DNA from: an uncultured virus (IMG/VR IMGVR_UViG_3300010361_000001)
Taxonomy: Duplodnaviria; Heunggongvirae; Uroviricota; Caudoviricetes
Length of the DNA: 64,000 bases
IMG/VR virus record: IMGVR_UViG_3300010361_000001
Strand: one strand, 5' to 3'
The notes beneath the pieces were generated by a model that was not told the DNA's origin, searched no databases, and saw only the letters and a program-made list of their open reading frames with translations. Below are positions 1-9,636 of this stretch, piece by piece (position 1 is the first letter of the stretch; every line of letters begins with the position of its first letter). The translations under genes were made by a program, and so were the position numbers.

Positions 1-123
1 CCACGCCATGGGCGTCGAGGGAGCCAAGACGCGAGAGAACCCCAAGGCCAAGGCCATGACCAAGGGTGGTGAAGCCCACCCGCAGAAGGCAACCAAGCGC
101 TACAACAAAAAGGAGAACCGCTG

Positions 124-237
124 ATGGCTGAAAAGAAGCAGCCCTTCGGGGGCAAGCAGGCCAAGCCGTTCGGCAGCAAGGAGAAGGACGAGAAGAAGAA
201 GGCCGCACCGGTCAAGAAGGCGGCTAAGAAGAAGTGA
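124..237 (+). CDS. small Lys-rich protein (37 aa)
   Basis: MAEKKQPFGGKQAKPFGSKEKDEKKKAAPVKKAAKKK; ATG overlaps the upstream TGA; translated by hand. Confidence 0.6.
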   Translation: MAEKKQPFGGKQAKPFGSKEKDEKKKAAPVKKAAKKK

Positions 238-404
238 ACGACCCCCGCCTACAGCAGGCGGCAGAGGTCAACCAGAACCGCCTCAACAAGGCCCGAAAGA
301 TGGGCTTCAAGACACGAGAGGCTCGCCGTGACGCTCCGAGCTACGTGTGGCCTGGCCTCTTTCATGACCGGCGCCAGGAGGGCCGGAGGCAGGCACCGTC
401 GTAA
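234..404 (+). CDS. small basic hypothetical protein (56 aa)
   Basis: GTGA overlap upstream and TAATG overlap with the next ORF; translated by hand. Confidence 0.5.
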   Translation: MNDPRLQQAAEVNQNRLNKARKMGFKTREARRDAPSYVWPGLFHDRRQEGRRQAPS

Positions 405-958
405 TGCCAGATGACCCCCGCATCGCCCAGGTAGGGAGGTACCACCCGGACGTGTCCTGGGACGCTGCCGAACACGTCAGGGCAAAGGGTCAGATTAAGG
501 AACAGTGCTGGGTTCTAGCCATGACCGGTTACTGGGGCATGTGTGCGCGAGACAACGAGGAGATCCACCGAGATATCTTTGAGCCTGATTGCCCGGTACC
601 TTCAGGGAGCAGGCTCCAGACAGGGCGGGGTGAGGATCGTCGTCTCCAGAATCGCGTCCCCAACCCATTGTACGACCCACCTTGGGTGGAGTACATCTCC
701 AAAACAACCGGGGGCTGGGAACTCCTGAAGGGTGAAGAGTGGGGTCCGAGCTATCTCAGCAAAAAGACTAGATCAGGCGAGGAGTTCCTGACCCGAAAAA
801 ACTCCCATGGGCACCTGGCTCTGGTGCAAAGGGTCACCTGGGTGCCGAATCTGGTAGCTGCCATCACGCAGGTCGAGGAGGTACTCCTCGACAGGGACGG
901 TGAGGCAGCGGTCCAGAAGTGGAAGCAACTCATCCTCCACCGCTGCGGCTGGTTCTAA
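404..958 (+). CDS. hypothetical protein
   Basis: 184 aa ORF coupled in the operon. Confidence 0.7.
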   Translation: MPDDPRIAQVGRYHPDVSWDAAEHVRAKGQIKEQCWVLAMTGYWGMCARDNEEIHRDIFEPDCPVPSGSRLQTGRGEDRRLQNRVPNPLYDPPWVEYISKTTGGWELLKGEEWGPSYLSKKTRSGEEFLTRKNSHGHLALVQRVTWVPNLVAAITQVEEVLLDRDGEAAVQKWKQLILHRCGWF

Positions 959-967
959 GGAGCAACC

Positions 968-2059
968 ATGACCACCAAGCTAGAGACTGTCCAGACCGTC
1001 ATGGCCGAGATCAACAAGGAGCTTGGCCCCGAGACCGTGGTGTGGGGCAGCCAGATCCGGTACTCGGACCTGCCCCGGATCTCCTCCGGGAGCTTCGCCC
1101 TGGACATGGCCCTGGGGGGCGGCTGGCAGGTCAATGCACTGCATGAGATCTATGGGGACGAGTCCAGCGGGAAGACCACGGTCATCCTCAAGACCATCGC
1201 CACCCAGCAGGCCCTCAACCCGGACCACACCACCTTCTGGATCGCTGCGGAGGAGTTCGTGCCCTCCTGGGCGCGTGACCTGGGCTGCGACACCGATCGG
1301 ATCATGGTCATGCAGACCAACATCCTGGAGGAGGCGTGCAACGCCGCCATCCGGGTACTAGAGAGTAGAACCTGCGACGTTCTGGTCTTCGACAGCCTGC
1401 CTGCCTTATCACCGATCAGCGAGTCGGAGGGCACCATGGACGACACCCAGGTGGGCCTCGCCGCCAGGCTCCTGGGCAAGTTCTTCCGGAAGGGCTACAC
1501 GGCCATGAAGCGCAGCCTGGTGGAGGACGACCGGGCCGTCACCATCTTCATGGTCAACCAGTGGAGGGAGCGCATCGGCGTCCTCTTCGGTGACCCCCGC
1601 ACCACCCCAGGTGGGAGGGCCAAGAACTACTGGATGACCAGCCGTGTCGAACTCAAGCGTGACGAGTGGCTGACTGAGGGTGACCGGAAGAACCAGCGGA
1701 AGGTGGGCATCACGGTCAAGGCGCGTACCGCCAAAAACAAGAGTTTCCCGCCAGAAAAGGTCGCCGTCTTCGACTTCTACTTCGACAACAACGAGGTGGG
1801 GATCACCCCTGGTCAGTACGACTCAGCCAAAGAGTTGGTGACCCAGGCCCTGGCCCTGGACCTGTTCCGGATCAAGACCAGCTACTACTACCTGGGTGAC
1901 GAAAGCTGGCACGGGCGGGCGGCGCTAGAGGAGCAGGTCAGGTATGACTTGGGGTTGCAGCAGAGGCTCCGAGATGCTATTCATGACCAAATCACGAAGG
2001 GCAAGCGCCCGGAGGAGCCACGCCCGTCCCCCCGGCGTCTAGCGAGGAGTAAGAAGTGA
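968..2059 (+). CDS. recA: RecA-like recombinase
   Basis: ISSGSFALDMALGGG, Walker A EIYGDESSGKTT, Walker B VLVFDS, NQWRERIGVLFGDPRTTPGG; SD AAGGAG. Confidence 0.95.
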   Translation: MTTKLETVQTVMAEINKELGPETVVWGSQIRYSDLPRISSGSFALDMALGGGWQVNALHEIYGDESSGKTTVILKTIATQQALNPDHTTFWIAAEEFVPSWARDLGCDTDRIMVMQTNILEEACNAAIRVLESRTCDVLVFDSLPALSPISESEGTMDDTQVGLAARLLGKFFRKGYTAMKRSLVEDDRAVTIFMVNQWRERIGVLFGDPRTTPGGRAKNYWMTSRVELKRDEWLTEGDRKNQRKVGITVKARTAKNKSFPPEKVAVFDFYFDNNEVGITPGQYDSAKELVTQALALDLFRIKTSYYYLGDESWHGRAALEEQVRYDLGLQQRLRDAIHDQITKGKRPEEPRPSPRRLARSKK

Positions 2060-2658
2060 GGGCGCCCAAGCGGCTCCTGTTGTCACGTCAGCAGGAGAGA
2101 AAGGGCATGCGGAGATTTGGAGGGCAGCAGTCGCCACGTTCTGGTGCGGGTTGGAGTCGAAAAAACGACGGTCGCACAGACTGGGAACTTGTCGAGTTCA
2201 AGCGTACAGATAACCGGAGTGTCATCACCCTCCGGCATGCAGACCTCGACGCTCTCTATCGCCACGCAGTGGTCGAGTCTCGCGTCCCTGTTCTCGGATT
2301 TGAGCTATGCGGAGACAACTTCGTGGTCCTCCGGGAATCGGACTACCACGAACTGGTTCTTCATCGACAACAACCAGACCCTCCCGGCGATCTACGAGAG
2401 GGAGGCCCCCACCTGGCTGAGCCAGGCGAAGTGCCGGGGCCTGCCCGGAAACCTGTTCTACGCCGAGTACCAACACAACAACTCTCAGGTCCAGGAGGCG
2501 AAGAGCGTCTGCCTAGGAACCCACCCGGACCACCCAGGCCGCTGCCCGGTCCTGGAGGCTTGTCTCGACTACGCGATAGCCAACGGGGAGAGGTACGGCG
2601 TTTGGGGAGGAACCAGCGAAAGGGAGCGGCGCCGGATCAAACGCCAACGGCATCGTGA
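2056..2658 (+). CDS. putative Holliday junction resolvase (PD-(D/E)xK) with long C-terminal extension
   Basis: RSGAGWSRKNDG...LVEFKRT motif directly after RecA; ~100 aa tail overlaps WhiB. Confidence 0.65.
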   Translation: MRAPKRLLLSRQQERKGMRRFGGQQSPRSGAGWSRKNDGRTDWELVEFKRTDNRSVITLRHADLDALYRHAVVESRVPVLGFELCGDNFVVLRESDYHELVLHRQQPDPPGDLREGGPHLAEPGEVPGPARKPVLRRVPTQQLSGPGGEERLPRNPPGPPRPLPGPGGLSRLRDSQRGEVRRLGRNQRKGAAPDQTPTAS

Positions 2659-2866
2659 GGCAGCTATCCAGGCAGGGAAGATCATCGACATCACGGCGCG
2701 TGATCGACCCGAACCTGCGGATGCTCCTGGACACGACCAAGCGGGACACCCGACTCCTTGGGGATGTTCAAAGATTGCTCTTGCAGCCTGGCGCCGAGAA
2801 CGGGCTGAGAGACGACGCTCTGCATCCATCGGAGATCAGCCATTCGGACTGGTGTCCCAGGGCTAG
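2300..2866 (+). CDS. whiB: WhiB-family transcription factor (start uncertain)
   Basis: W..QAKC...FY...AKSVC...CPVLEACLDYA...YGVWGGTSERERR; four Cys plus GVWGG. Confidence 0.9.
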   Translation: MSYAETTSWSSGNRTTTNWFFIDNNQTLPAIYEREAPTWLSQAKCRGLPGNLFYAEYQHNNSQVQEAKSVCLGTHPDHPGRCPVLEACLDYAIANGERYGVWGGTSERERRRIKRQRHREAAIQAGKIIDITARDRPEPADAPGHDQAGHPTPWGCSKIALAAWRRERAERRRSASIGDQPFGLVSQG

Positions 2867-3692
2867 CTACTACCGCATGGCCGGGGTACCAGCCAGGGAG
2901 GCCCTACCCTCTCTGCACTGGCGCATGCAGATGGTCTTCGATGAGGGCAAGGAGATCCACGGCAAGTGGCAGAAAAGGCTGTGGGATCTCGGTCGCCTGT
3001 GGGGCACGTTTTATTGCCAGGAGTGCCATTACGCCTTCCCAGCCCTGGCTCCCCAGGAGTGTGAGAAGTGCCACCGGGGGCGCCAGGCCCTGAGCTACCA
3101 CGAGATCCCGCTGATCAACCACAACCTCCACATGGTCGGTCACGCCGATGGCGGGGTGGAGGACAGCCTGGTGGAGATCAAGAGCGTGGGCCTGGGGACA
3201 CTGCGCTTTGAGGCCCCTCAGCTAATCGCTGAACACACCTACAAGCTGAACATCAACGGAAAAACCAGGAACTTCCTGGACTACGACGGGCTGTGGGACG
3301 CGATCCGCAGGCCCTTCCCCTCACACGTACGACAGGGCGACTTTTACTGCTTCCTGCACCGGAAGATCAGAGAGGTGATCTTCATCTACGAGTGCAAGTG
3401 GAACCAAAAAGTCAAGGAGATGATCGTCCAGTATCGAGAGGAACGCATCTCCGATCGACTAGACCAGTGCAGCAGGGTCGCCATGGCCCTCCAGGGTGGC
3501 AACGTACCGAAGTGCCCCTTCGGCGGATGTGCTGACTGTCAACGCTATGAGGAGAAGAATGACCGCAACGGAGGAAGAGTCCTCGTCCGGAGGACGGCGC
3601 CTGTCCCGGAAGCCACCACTGACCATCAGGGAAGCCCTGGCGAAAACGGTGGGAGGCCAGCGACGCGACGCCTTCAAAGACTTGGGGATTGA
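2655..3692 (+). CDS. Cas4-like PD-(D/E)xK exonuclease
   Basis: LHPSEI..CPRASYY, GHADG, VEIKS, C-terminal CPFGGCADC. Confidence 0.8.
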   Translation: MRQLSRQGRSSTSRRVIDPNLRMLLDTTKRDTRLLGDVQRLLLQPGAENGLRDDALHPSEISHSDWCPRASYYRMAGVPAREALPSLHWRMQMVFDEGKEIHGKWQKRLWDLGRLWGTFYCQECHYAFPALAPQECEKCHRGRQALSYHEIPLINHNLHMVGHADGGVEDSLVEIKSVGLGTLRFEAPQLIAEHTYKLNINGKTRNFLDYDGLWDAIRRPFPSHVRQGDFYCFLHRKIREVIFIYECKWNQKVKEMIVQYREERISDRLDQCSRVAMALQGGNVPKCPFGGCADCQRYEEKNDRNGGRVLVRRTAPVPEATTDHQGSPGENGGRPATRRLQRLGD

Positions 3693-4125
3693 CGAGCCGC
3701 CACCCCCCGACACCAAGGTACCGATCCTGGAAGCCGACATTGACGACCTGACCGACAAGCAGTTAATGAACCTGTTCGTACAGTTCACCCGGTGGACTGA
3801 TTTTTTCCAGTACCAGCTAGCCATCGAGGAGATCTACGAGAACCATGCAGAGGCAGAAATCCGAAAGCTGGAAGGGCTGTTCCTCACACGCAATCGTCCT
3901 ACAAAGGCGAGCGAAGCGATCACCTGGGTGCGGGCGGAAATGGAGTCGGACTCTGAGATTCGTGCCGCTAGGGAAGCCCTCATGCTGTACTACGCGAGGC
4001 GCAAGCTGAAGCAGATGCTCTTCCAGTCGGCTGAGCGGGATGCTGCCGTGGTTTCCCGGGAACTGACCAGGAGGACCGATGCAAAAAACCCTGGGTACCG
4101 CCGAGCAGACAGGGGGGCGCCATGA
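3559..4125 (+). CDS. hypothetical helical protein (recombination module)
   Basis: ATG after SD GAGGAG; overlaps the exonuclease tail by 134 nt. Confidence 0.7.
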   Translation: MTATEEESSSGGRRLSRKPPLTIREALAKTVGGQRRDAFKDLGIDEPPPPDTKVPILEADIDDLTDKQLMNLFVQFTRWTDFFQYQLAIEEIYENHAEAEIRKLEGLFLTRNRPTKASEAITWVRAEMESDSEIRAAREALMLYYARRKLKQMLFQSAERDAAVVSRELTRRTDAKNPGYRRADRGAP

Positions 4126-4349
4126 CCGATGGACACCTCATGGATGCGGTGCAGGCCATGTGGGACGAGATCGCCAGGCACGATGACCACGAGTGGGAGC
4201 AGATAGGCCGGTGCGTGTACTGCGCCGACTGTTCCCAGCGGCTCTACCAGGGGACGATCGGCCCCACTCACACCAAGGTACGGAGGAGACGACAGGGCCA
4301 GGAACCGAAGTCCACCACCGAGATGAGAAAAAGATGGGGAAAATCATGA
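4122..4349 (+). CDS. hypothetical protein, CxxCxxC
   Basis: ATGA-coupled. Confidence 0.55.
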   Translation: MTDGHLMDAVQAMWDEIARHDDHEWEQIGRCVYCADCSQRLYQGTIGPTHTKVRRRRQGQEPKSTTEMRKRWGKS

Positions 4350-4516
4350 CCAAGTGTTCAGGTCAGACCAAAAAAGGGCCATGCACCAACAAGGCGATGT
4401 ACGTCGTCGGGGACGATGAGGTGTGCTTCATCCACCTCCAGACCTCCCTGAAGGAGCAGCTAGGCCCTGGCAGGAAATCAGCAGTGGTTGTGCGCCTGGT
4501 CCCTGATGGCAGCTAG
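4346..4516 (+). CDS. small Cys/His protein
   Basis: MTKCSGQTKKGPC...CFIH; ATGA-coupled. Confidence 0.55.
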   Translation: MTKCSGQTKKGPCTNKAMYVVGDDEVCFIHLQTSLKEQLGPGRKSAVVVRLVPDGS

Positions 4517-4673
4517 AACCTGGGTGGTGGAGGGCAAGGTACTGGGCCGGTTCTCCTACGAGTGCGAGTACTGCGGGTACTGCGGGGGCAACTATTCCAC
4601 CAGGGAGGAGGCTGAGGTCTACGCCGAGATCCACAGCGCCCTGGAGGTGCCCGAGCATCGGCCCAAAAAATGA
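4506..4673 (+). CDS. small CxxC protein
   Basis: YECEYCGYCG; in operon. Confidence 0.5.
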   Translation: MAARTWVVEGKVLGRFSYECEYCGYCGGNYSTREEAEVYAEIHSALEVPEHRPKK

Positions 4674-4879
4674 GCGCCGTCGATCACCCAGCCCATTACA
4701 ACCAGCACCCCTCTGGTGTGGAGTGCATCGACGTGGTGGAACACATGACATTTAACGTGGGGAACGCCGTTAAATATCTGTGGCGGGCGGGCCTCAAGGA
4801 CAGCACCCCGGCCCTGGAGGATCTCCAGAAGGCCGCTTGGTACATCAACCGGGAAATCCAACGCGTGAGTGTGGGATGA
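4670..4879 (+). CDS. DUF3310-family protein
   Basis: VDHPAHY...ECID...GNAVKYLWRAGLK...EDLQKAAWY. Confidence 0.85.
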   Translation: MSAVDHPAHYNQHPSGVECIDVVEHMTFNVGNAVKYLWRAGLKDSTPALEDLQKAAWYINREIQRVSVG

Positions 4880-5084
4880 TTGCGCCGTGTCTCGTAGCCA
4901 AGAGTTCCTGGATGCGTTGGCAGTGGCCCGAGAGGGCGTGAAGCGCAAGCTGGCCCACCACGGCACAGAGCTTGAGCCTGAGCATGTCGAGCGGATCGCC
5001 CAGGCTCACGCTGAGCAGCTTCACGGCGCCAGGCAACTGATGAAGTGGAAGGAAGAGCGAGGCATAGCCCCAGTCAGCACATGA
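4869..5084 (+). CDS. hypothetical protein (start uncertain)
   Basis: fills operon gap; ATGA overlap with the next gene. Confidence 0.5.
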   Translation: MWDDCAVSRSQEFLDALAVAREGVKRKLAHHGTELEPEHVERIAQAHAEQLHGARQLMKWKEERGIAPVST

Positions 5085-5680
5085 GCGACATCTACATCGG
5101 CATCGACCCTGGCAGTAAGAACTGCGCCATGGTCTCCTGGTCCCCACAGGCGGGCCTGGTGACCGCCTGGAAGCCCAAGCCACCCATGCCCACCGGGGTA
5201 CTGCGGCTCCGCAAGCTCATGGTGGACATCGCCAACGAGTTCACCAAGATCGCCGCTCACCAGCCAGGGGGGGTCATCAAGCTCGTCGCCATGGAGGCGT
5301 ACTCCATGGCCGAGAAGTACGGCCAGCACGCCTCCGGGGAGGTGGGCGCCGCCATCAAGCTGACCATCCTCTCGCTATTCGACAGCGATGACCGGCGTGG
5401 CTTCCCGGTCCTGGTGGCCCCCCAGCAACTCAAGAAGTTCGTCTCCGGCAAGGGCAACGGGCGCAAGGACATGATGCCCAAGGAGATATACAAGCGCTGG
5501 GAGATGGACTTCAACGACCCGAATATCGCTGAGGCGTACGCCCTGGCTCGTGTAGCTCACGCCGTGGACGCCCGCCCTGAGGGCCTCACCCAGTTCCAGC
5601 TAGACGTCATAGCGGCCCTGGACGGGCGTACGGAGTGGATCCCGATCGCTCAGCGCCGGTTGGTCAGGGTGGGCCGGTAG
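5081..5680 (+). CDS. ruvC: RuvC-like resolvase
   Basis: YIGIDPG, VAMEAY, PQQLKKFVSGKGNGRK, NIAEAYALA. Confidence 0.85.
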   Translation: MSDIYIGIDPGSKNCAMVSWSPQAGLVTAWKPKPPMPTGVLRLRKLMVDIANEFTKIAAHQPGGVIKLVAMEAYSMAEKYGQHASGEVGAAIKLTILSLFDSDDRRGFPVLVAPQQLKKFVSGKGNGRKDMMPKEIYKRWEMDFNDPNIAEAYALARVAHAVDARPEGLTQFQLDVIAALDGRTEWIPIAQRRLVRVGR

Positions 5681-5701
5681 CCCAGCCCTAGGCTTGGGGG
5701 C

Positions 5702-6220
5702 ATGCCTGATCAGCGCAAAGTTGGACACGCGATTCGTCGCCGCATGGGTGCTTCCTCCAGCCATCTCGGACAGGCTGGCGGTCCAGGCGGTATCTGGAGT
5801 CCTCCGTTTGCTGCCTCACCAGGAGGCGAAGCTGCACTGGCTGCGGGCGAAGCTACCGCCCAGGGCGTAGCGCAGGTTCCTATTGCAGGAGGTCGTTACT
5901 TGGGTACTGGAGGTCACATCAAGGGCGTCCCGGACACCTACGAGACCGGCACTGACACCTATGGGTACGGGTCCAGGCCCGAGATCGGTGACAGCAGCCA
6001 CTTCGTGGCCGGGGTAGCCGACACCGTCAACGAGCCTGCTCCCCCTCGTGGGCGGCTGAGTCCGGGTGAGTCGGCTGGCGCCAGGCTCACGGTCTCGCCG
6101 TCGATGAAGGTGCCGCAGGAGTCGCCGGTCCCCACCCAGGGCGGCGGCAGGCCCGTGCCGTCGACACCAGGACGCCAGGCGTCGTTCGGCGCCGGTCAGG
6201 CGGGTTCCTATGCCGGGTGA
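5702..6220 (+). CDS. Gly/Pro-rich hypothetical protein, probably leaderless
   Basis: TAGGCT -10 hexamer 7 nt before ATG. Confidence 0.65.
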   Translation: MPDQRKVGHAIRRRMGASSSHLGQAGGPGGIWSPPFAASPGGEAALAAGEATAQGVAQVPIAGGRYLGTGGHIKGVPDTYETGTDTYGYGSRPEIGDSSHFVAGVADTVNEPAPPRGRLSPGESAGARLTVSPSMKVPQESPVPTQGGGRPVPSTPGRQASFGAGQAGSYAG

Positions 6221-6455
6221 TCGGGGGGTCTTCCAAGGCCCAGCCCCCACCAACGTCGGACCTGGCTCGTACGAACGCCACCAGCAGGGTGTGGGCGAGA
6301 GCCATGGCCCCACCTATGACATGGTGATGAGCGAGAAGGACGCGTCCAGGAAGGATCCCCAGGACGCCCATTTCCTGGGCCAGCTTCTTCCGGTCGCTCA
6401 CTCTCGGACTGACGAGGTACGAGGCTTCTTCGACGCCACGTCCATAACGGGGTAG
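6210..6455 (+). CDS. hypothetical protein
   Basis: operon-coupled ORF. Confidence 0.55.
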   Translation: MPGDRGVFQGPAPTNVGPGSYERHQQGVGESHGPTYDMVMSEKDASRKDPQDAHFLGQLLPVAHSRTDEVRGFFDATSITG

Positions 6456-6458
6456 TCA

Positions 6459-6962
6459 GTGCCCAGGGGCACCTTTACTCCCTGGCAGTATCTGCCGCCG
6501 TATGGCTTCGGCGCGCCCGGTGATGCCAACACAGTCGGCGGCGGGGGCGGCATGGGGCCGTTCTTCCGGGACGCCATGGATGCACGCCGGAGCGCGTACA
6601 ACCGCACGCCGGAGGCCATGTACCCGGATGGCTACCTGGGCACCATCAACACCCGGCGTGGAGATCGTCTCCTCGACAGCCTTAAGAACCGGGCCAACCA
6701 GCGGTCTTATGTAAGGGGAGTCCACAAGGGCGAGCAGATCGACCAGAGCGACTACTTCTTCCCACCCCAGCTTCAGCCCACTGACGGCATCCAGCGGCAG
6801 ATGGCAGCCCAGCCGTTCGACACCATGTGGCTGAACCAGCGCAATGCCCCCCGGCTCGATCTCGTGCCCCAGTTGACTCTCAAGGAAGAGGTGATGATGG
6901 GCGCTGAACCAGGCATCGGTCGCACCACTCAGCTACGCAAGCTCGCACCCCCCTGGAGGTAG
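6459..6962 (+). CDS. hypothetical protein
   Basis: 167 aa, typical codon usage. Confidence 0.7.
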   Translation: MPRGTFTPWQYLPPYGFGAPGDANTVGGGGGMGPFFRDAMDARRSAYNRTPEAMYPDGYLGTINTRRGDRLLDSLKNRANQRSYVRGVHKGEQIDQSDYFFPPQLQPTDGIQRQMAAQPFDTMWLNQRNAPRLDLVPQLTLKEEVMMGAEPGIGRTTQLRKLAPPWR

Positions 6963-6964
6963 CC

Positions 6965-7471
6965 ATGTCGATATGGGGAGAGAACTGGGTTCCATACCAA
7001 GGGAGTGGCGGGGGTGGCGCTCAAGGGGGCGACACACCACCGGCAGGCCCCGGTCCCTCAGAGCCGATCAAAGGACCGACCGGGCGCCCCAACGTGCCCT
7101 ACGCCGAAGGGCTGAAGGTGGGCACCGAGTTCGCCCAGCGCAAGCAGAAGCCCGTCGACCCCGACAAGCCCATCACGGGACCAACCTCTCAGTGGCAGTC
7201 AGGTGGCTTGGGCCGGTACGTCAATCGCAATGCCAACGGGTTGCAGTTCAACAAGGGGGCCATCCGGCAGACGATCGAGAAGGGCCTCGACGCCTACGCG
7301 ACCTCCCAGTTCTACCGGAAGGCTGGACTCACGGCGGGCCTGCGGGGCGCCCTGGGCATGAGGCCGACGCCCTCCCACATGAACGACTGGATCAGGGCCA
7401 GGCACAACATGAACCTCATCGGTCGGAACCCTGGCGCCGAACACGCCGAAGAAGAATACGAGCATTGGTAG
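6965..7471 (+). CDS. hypothetical protein
   Basis: SD GGAGG; abuts the next gene. Confidence 0.7.
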   Translation: MSIWGENWVPYQGSGGGGAQGGDTPPAGPGPSEPIKGPTGRPNVPYAEGLKVGTEFAQRKQKPVDPDKPITGPTSQWQSGGLGRYVNRNANGLQFNKGAIRQTIEKGLDAYATSQFYRKAGLTAGLRGALGMRPTPSHMNDWIRARHNMNLIGRNPGAEHAEEEYEHW

Positions 7472-8332
7472 ATGGGCAACTTTGACGAGTATTTTCCGTT
7501 CGACCCTGGCTACGGTGCGGCTGCCAACGCTGCCCGCTGGCGCAAGATGGCGAACCTGTGGCAGTCGGACGGTGTCGTCGCCAACTACCCCTACGGTGCT
7601 GCGGCCAACGTCAGCCAGCTATTCGCCACTCCCATCTCCGGTGGTCAGACTCAGATCCAGCAGGGGGCCGTGTTCGTCCACGGGTACTACGCCGAGATCC
7701 AGACCCCACAGACCATCTCAGTCGGCACCAACGGCAGCATCGTGGCCCAGGTCAACTTCAACACCGAAGTGGTGGCCCTGGTGTACCGGGATGGCGTCCT
7801 CGACTATGGCTCCAACCCGGCCAACAACTACGAGCAGGACGCCAACATTTGGGAGATCCCGGTCTGGCTGGTCTCCAGTGGTGCCCTCGTAGACATCCGG
7901 ACCTTGATCAACCCGGCTCAGGGCCTGCGCTGGTGGGCGCAGTCAGCCGGTGTCCAGCCCATCGCTGCCAACGGCACCCTCCAGAACAGCTTCGGTACCG
8001 CCCGCATCCCCTACGTAGCTCAGGCGTTCCTGCACGGCGTACTGCTCCTGACCTTCACTGACCTGAGCCAGGCGCAAACCGCTACCTGCACGCTGACCTA
8101 TCAGTACGGAGCCGGAGACCAACAGGTCAGCCCGAGCATCGTCCCGGCTATCACTGCTGGAGGAGCCGCTGGGCAACAGCTATCCCTACCGGTGAGCTTG
8201 ACCGGACTGGTGCCGGTGACCCAGGGCCGGAAGACCTTCGGGTGGCGCGTGGTGGCGGGGCCAGGCCCAGGCATCCAGGTGTCCACCATGTCCATGTCCA
8301 TATCCACTGGTGGAACTCCGGGAGCCGCATAA
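7472..8332 (+). CDS. putative minor tail/structural protein
   Basis: N-terminus YFPFD.G....A.RWR.M paralogous to 8333 ORF; upstream of baseplate genes. Confidence 0.7.
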   Translation: MGNFDEYFPFDPGYGAAANAARWRKMANLWQSDGVVANYPYGAAANVSQLFATPISGGQTQIQQGAVFVHGYYAEIQTPQTISVGTNGSIVAQVNFNTEVVALVYRDGVLDYGSNPANNYEQDANIWEIPVWLVSSGALVDIRTLINPAQGLRWWAQSAGVQPIAANGTLQNSFGTARIPYVAQAFLHGVLLLTFTDLSQAQTATCTLTYQYGAGDQQVSPSIVPAITAGGAAGQQLSLPVSLTGLVPVTQGRKTFGWRVVAGPGPGIQVSTMSMSISTGGTPGAA

Positions 8333-9208
8333 ATGAGCAACCTGACAGAGAACTATTTTCCCTTCGACACCGGGCCTGGCGCCACAGCTACGCCGGATCG
8401 CTGGCGCCGGATGGGACGCCAGTTCCAGTGGTCAGGCATCATCCCCGGCTACGCCAACCAGTTCAGCGCCACCATCTCCAACGGGATCCTGACCATCAAT
8501 CCTGGGGCTGTGTGGGTGGACGGGTTCTATGGCGAGACCACCACGGCGCACACGGTGAGCAGCGCCGGTCTAGGCCCAGGGCTGTGCGTGCTGCGGGTGG
8601 ACCCGGTGGCGAAGACCATCGGGTTCTACTACCTGCCAGGTGTCACCACGCCGAACCAACCAGGCCAGCCCAACGTAGGTATCTACGAGATCCCGCTGTA
8701 CTACGTCTCCTCTGCTACGGCCTTCACCGACGTGCGCCAGTTCGCCACAGCGACATCTGACTGGTCGACCACGAGGGGCCTGAATAGCAACAACAGCAAC
8801 TACTGCGCCAGGGGCAAGATGCACCGGGCTGCGGCTTATGGGACCAGCACCACGCTCTATACGTATGGCTTCGACACCTACGACTACGGCCAGAACTTCT
8901 TCAGCGCATACACCTTCATCTGCCCCTATGCCGATGACTACTTCGTCACGGCCCAGGTGGGCTTCGTCAGCAATGCGGCAGGCCAGTGGTACAACATCCG
9001 GCTCTGTAAGAACGGGAGCTATACGGTTTGGAGTGGCACCGATAATGCGGTCGTAGCCGGTGCAGTACTGCCAGTCTCAGCCACCGACGTCATGCCCTGT
9101 AAGGCCGGGGACCAGATCACCGTCCAGCACAACTGCTCCACCAACGGCCTCCAGGGGATGGTGGGTGGGTACTCGGCCTACTTCATAGTGAGGGCCATGT
9201 CGAGATGA
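8333..9208 (+). CDS. putative tail fibre/receptor-binding protein
   Basis: paralogous N-terminus; beta-rich C-terminus (FICPYADDYFVTAQV...CKAGDQITV). Confidence 0.65.
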   Translation: MSNLTENYFPFDTGPGATATPDRWRRMGRQFQWSGIIPGYANQFSATISNGILTINPGAVWVDGFYGETTTAHTVSSAGLGPGLCVLRVDPVAKTIGFYYLPGVTTPNQPGQPNVGIYEIPLYYVSSATAFTDVRQFATATSDWSTTRGLNSNNSNYCARGKMHRAAAYGTSTTLYTYGFDTYDYGQNFFSAYTFICPYADDYFVTAQVGFVSNAAGQWYNIRLCKNGSYTVWSGTDNAVVAGAVLPVSATDVMPCKAGDQITVQHNCSTNGLQGMVGGYSAYFIVRAMSR

Positions 9209-9636
9209 CCTTCGTAGTCCCCACCAACTACCGACAGCTTCCCACTAGCTGGGAGATGGCGCAGCCCTTCCACATAGACACGACCGGCGCCGTTGCTTTC
9301 GACGTCGACCCGGTCAGGTGGGCCACCAACCACATCCTGGCCCTCCTGCTGACCAACCCAGGGGAGCGGGTCATGCGGCCCACCTATGGCGTGGGCATCT
9401 TCAACATGGTGTGGGAGAACGACAACCCGGTGGTGGAAGCCACCATCGTGTCGGCCATCAACATGGGGCTGTCCATGTATGAGCCGAACATCACGGTGAT
9501 CGACGTCGAGTTCACCCAGCAGCCCCAGTTCTCCGGGATCATGAACCTTCTGATCCATTTCACCGTGGGCAACGCGCCCACCACCTATTCCACAGCCGTC
9601 AACCTGAGCGGCTCCGGCGTGGAGATCACCGCATGA
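9205..9636 (+). CDS. baseplate wedge protein, gp25/GPW-like
   Basis: LLTNPGERVMRPTYGVG, YEPNI. Confidence 0.9.
   Translation: MTFVVPTNYRQLPTSWEMAQPFHIDTTGAVAFDVDPVRWATNHILALLLTNPGERVMRPTYGVGIFNMVWENDNPVVEATIVSAINMGLSMYEPNITVIDVEFTQQPQFSGIMNLLIHFTVGNAPTTYSTAVNLSGSGVEITA

Noticed and set aside
2655..3692. Cas4-like gene as evidence of CRISPR
   Set aside because: No repeat-spacer array or other cas genes seen; solo Cas4-like nucleases are common in phages
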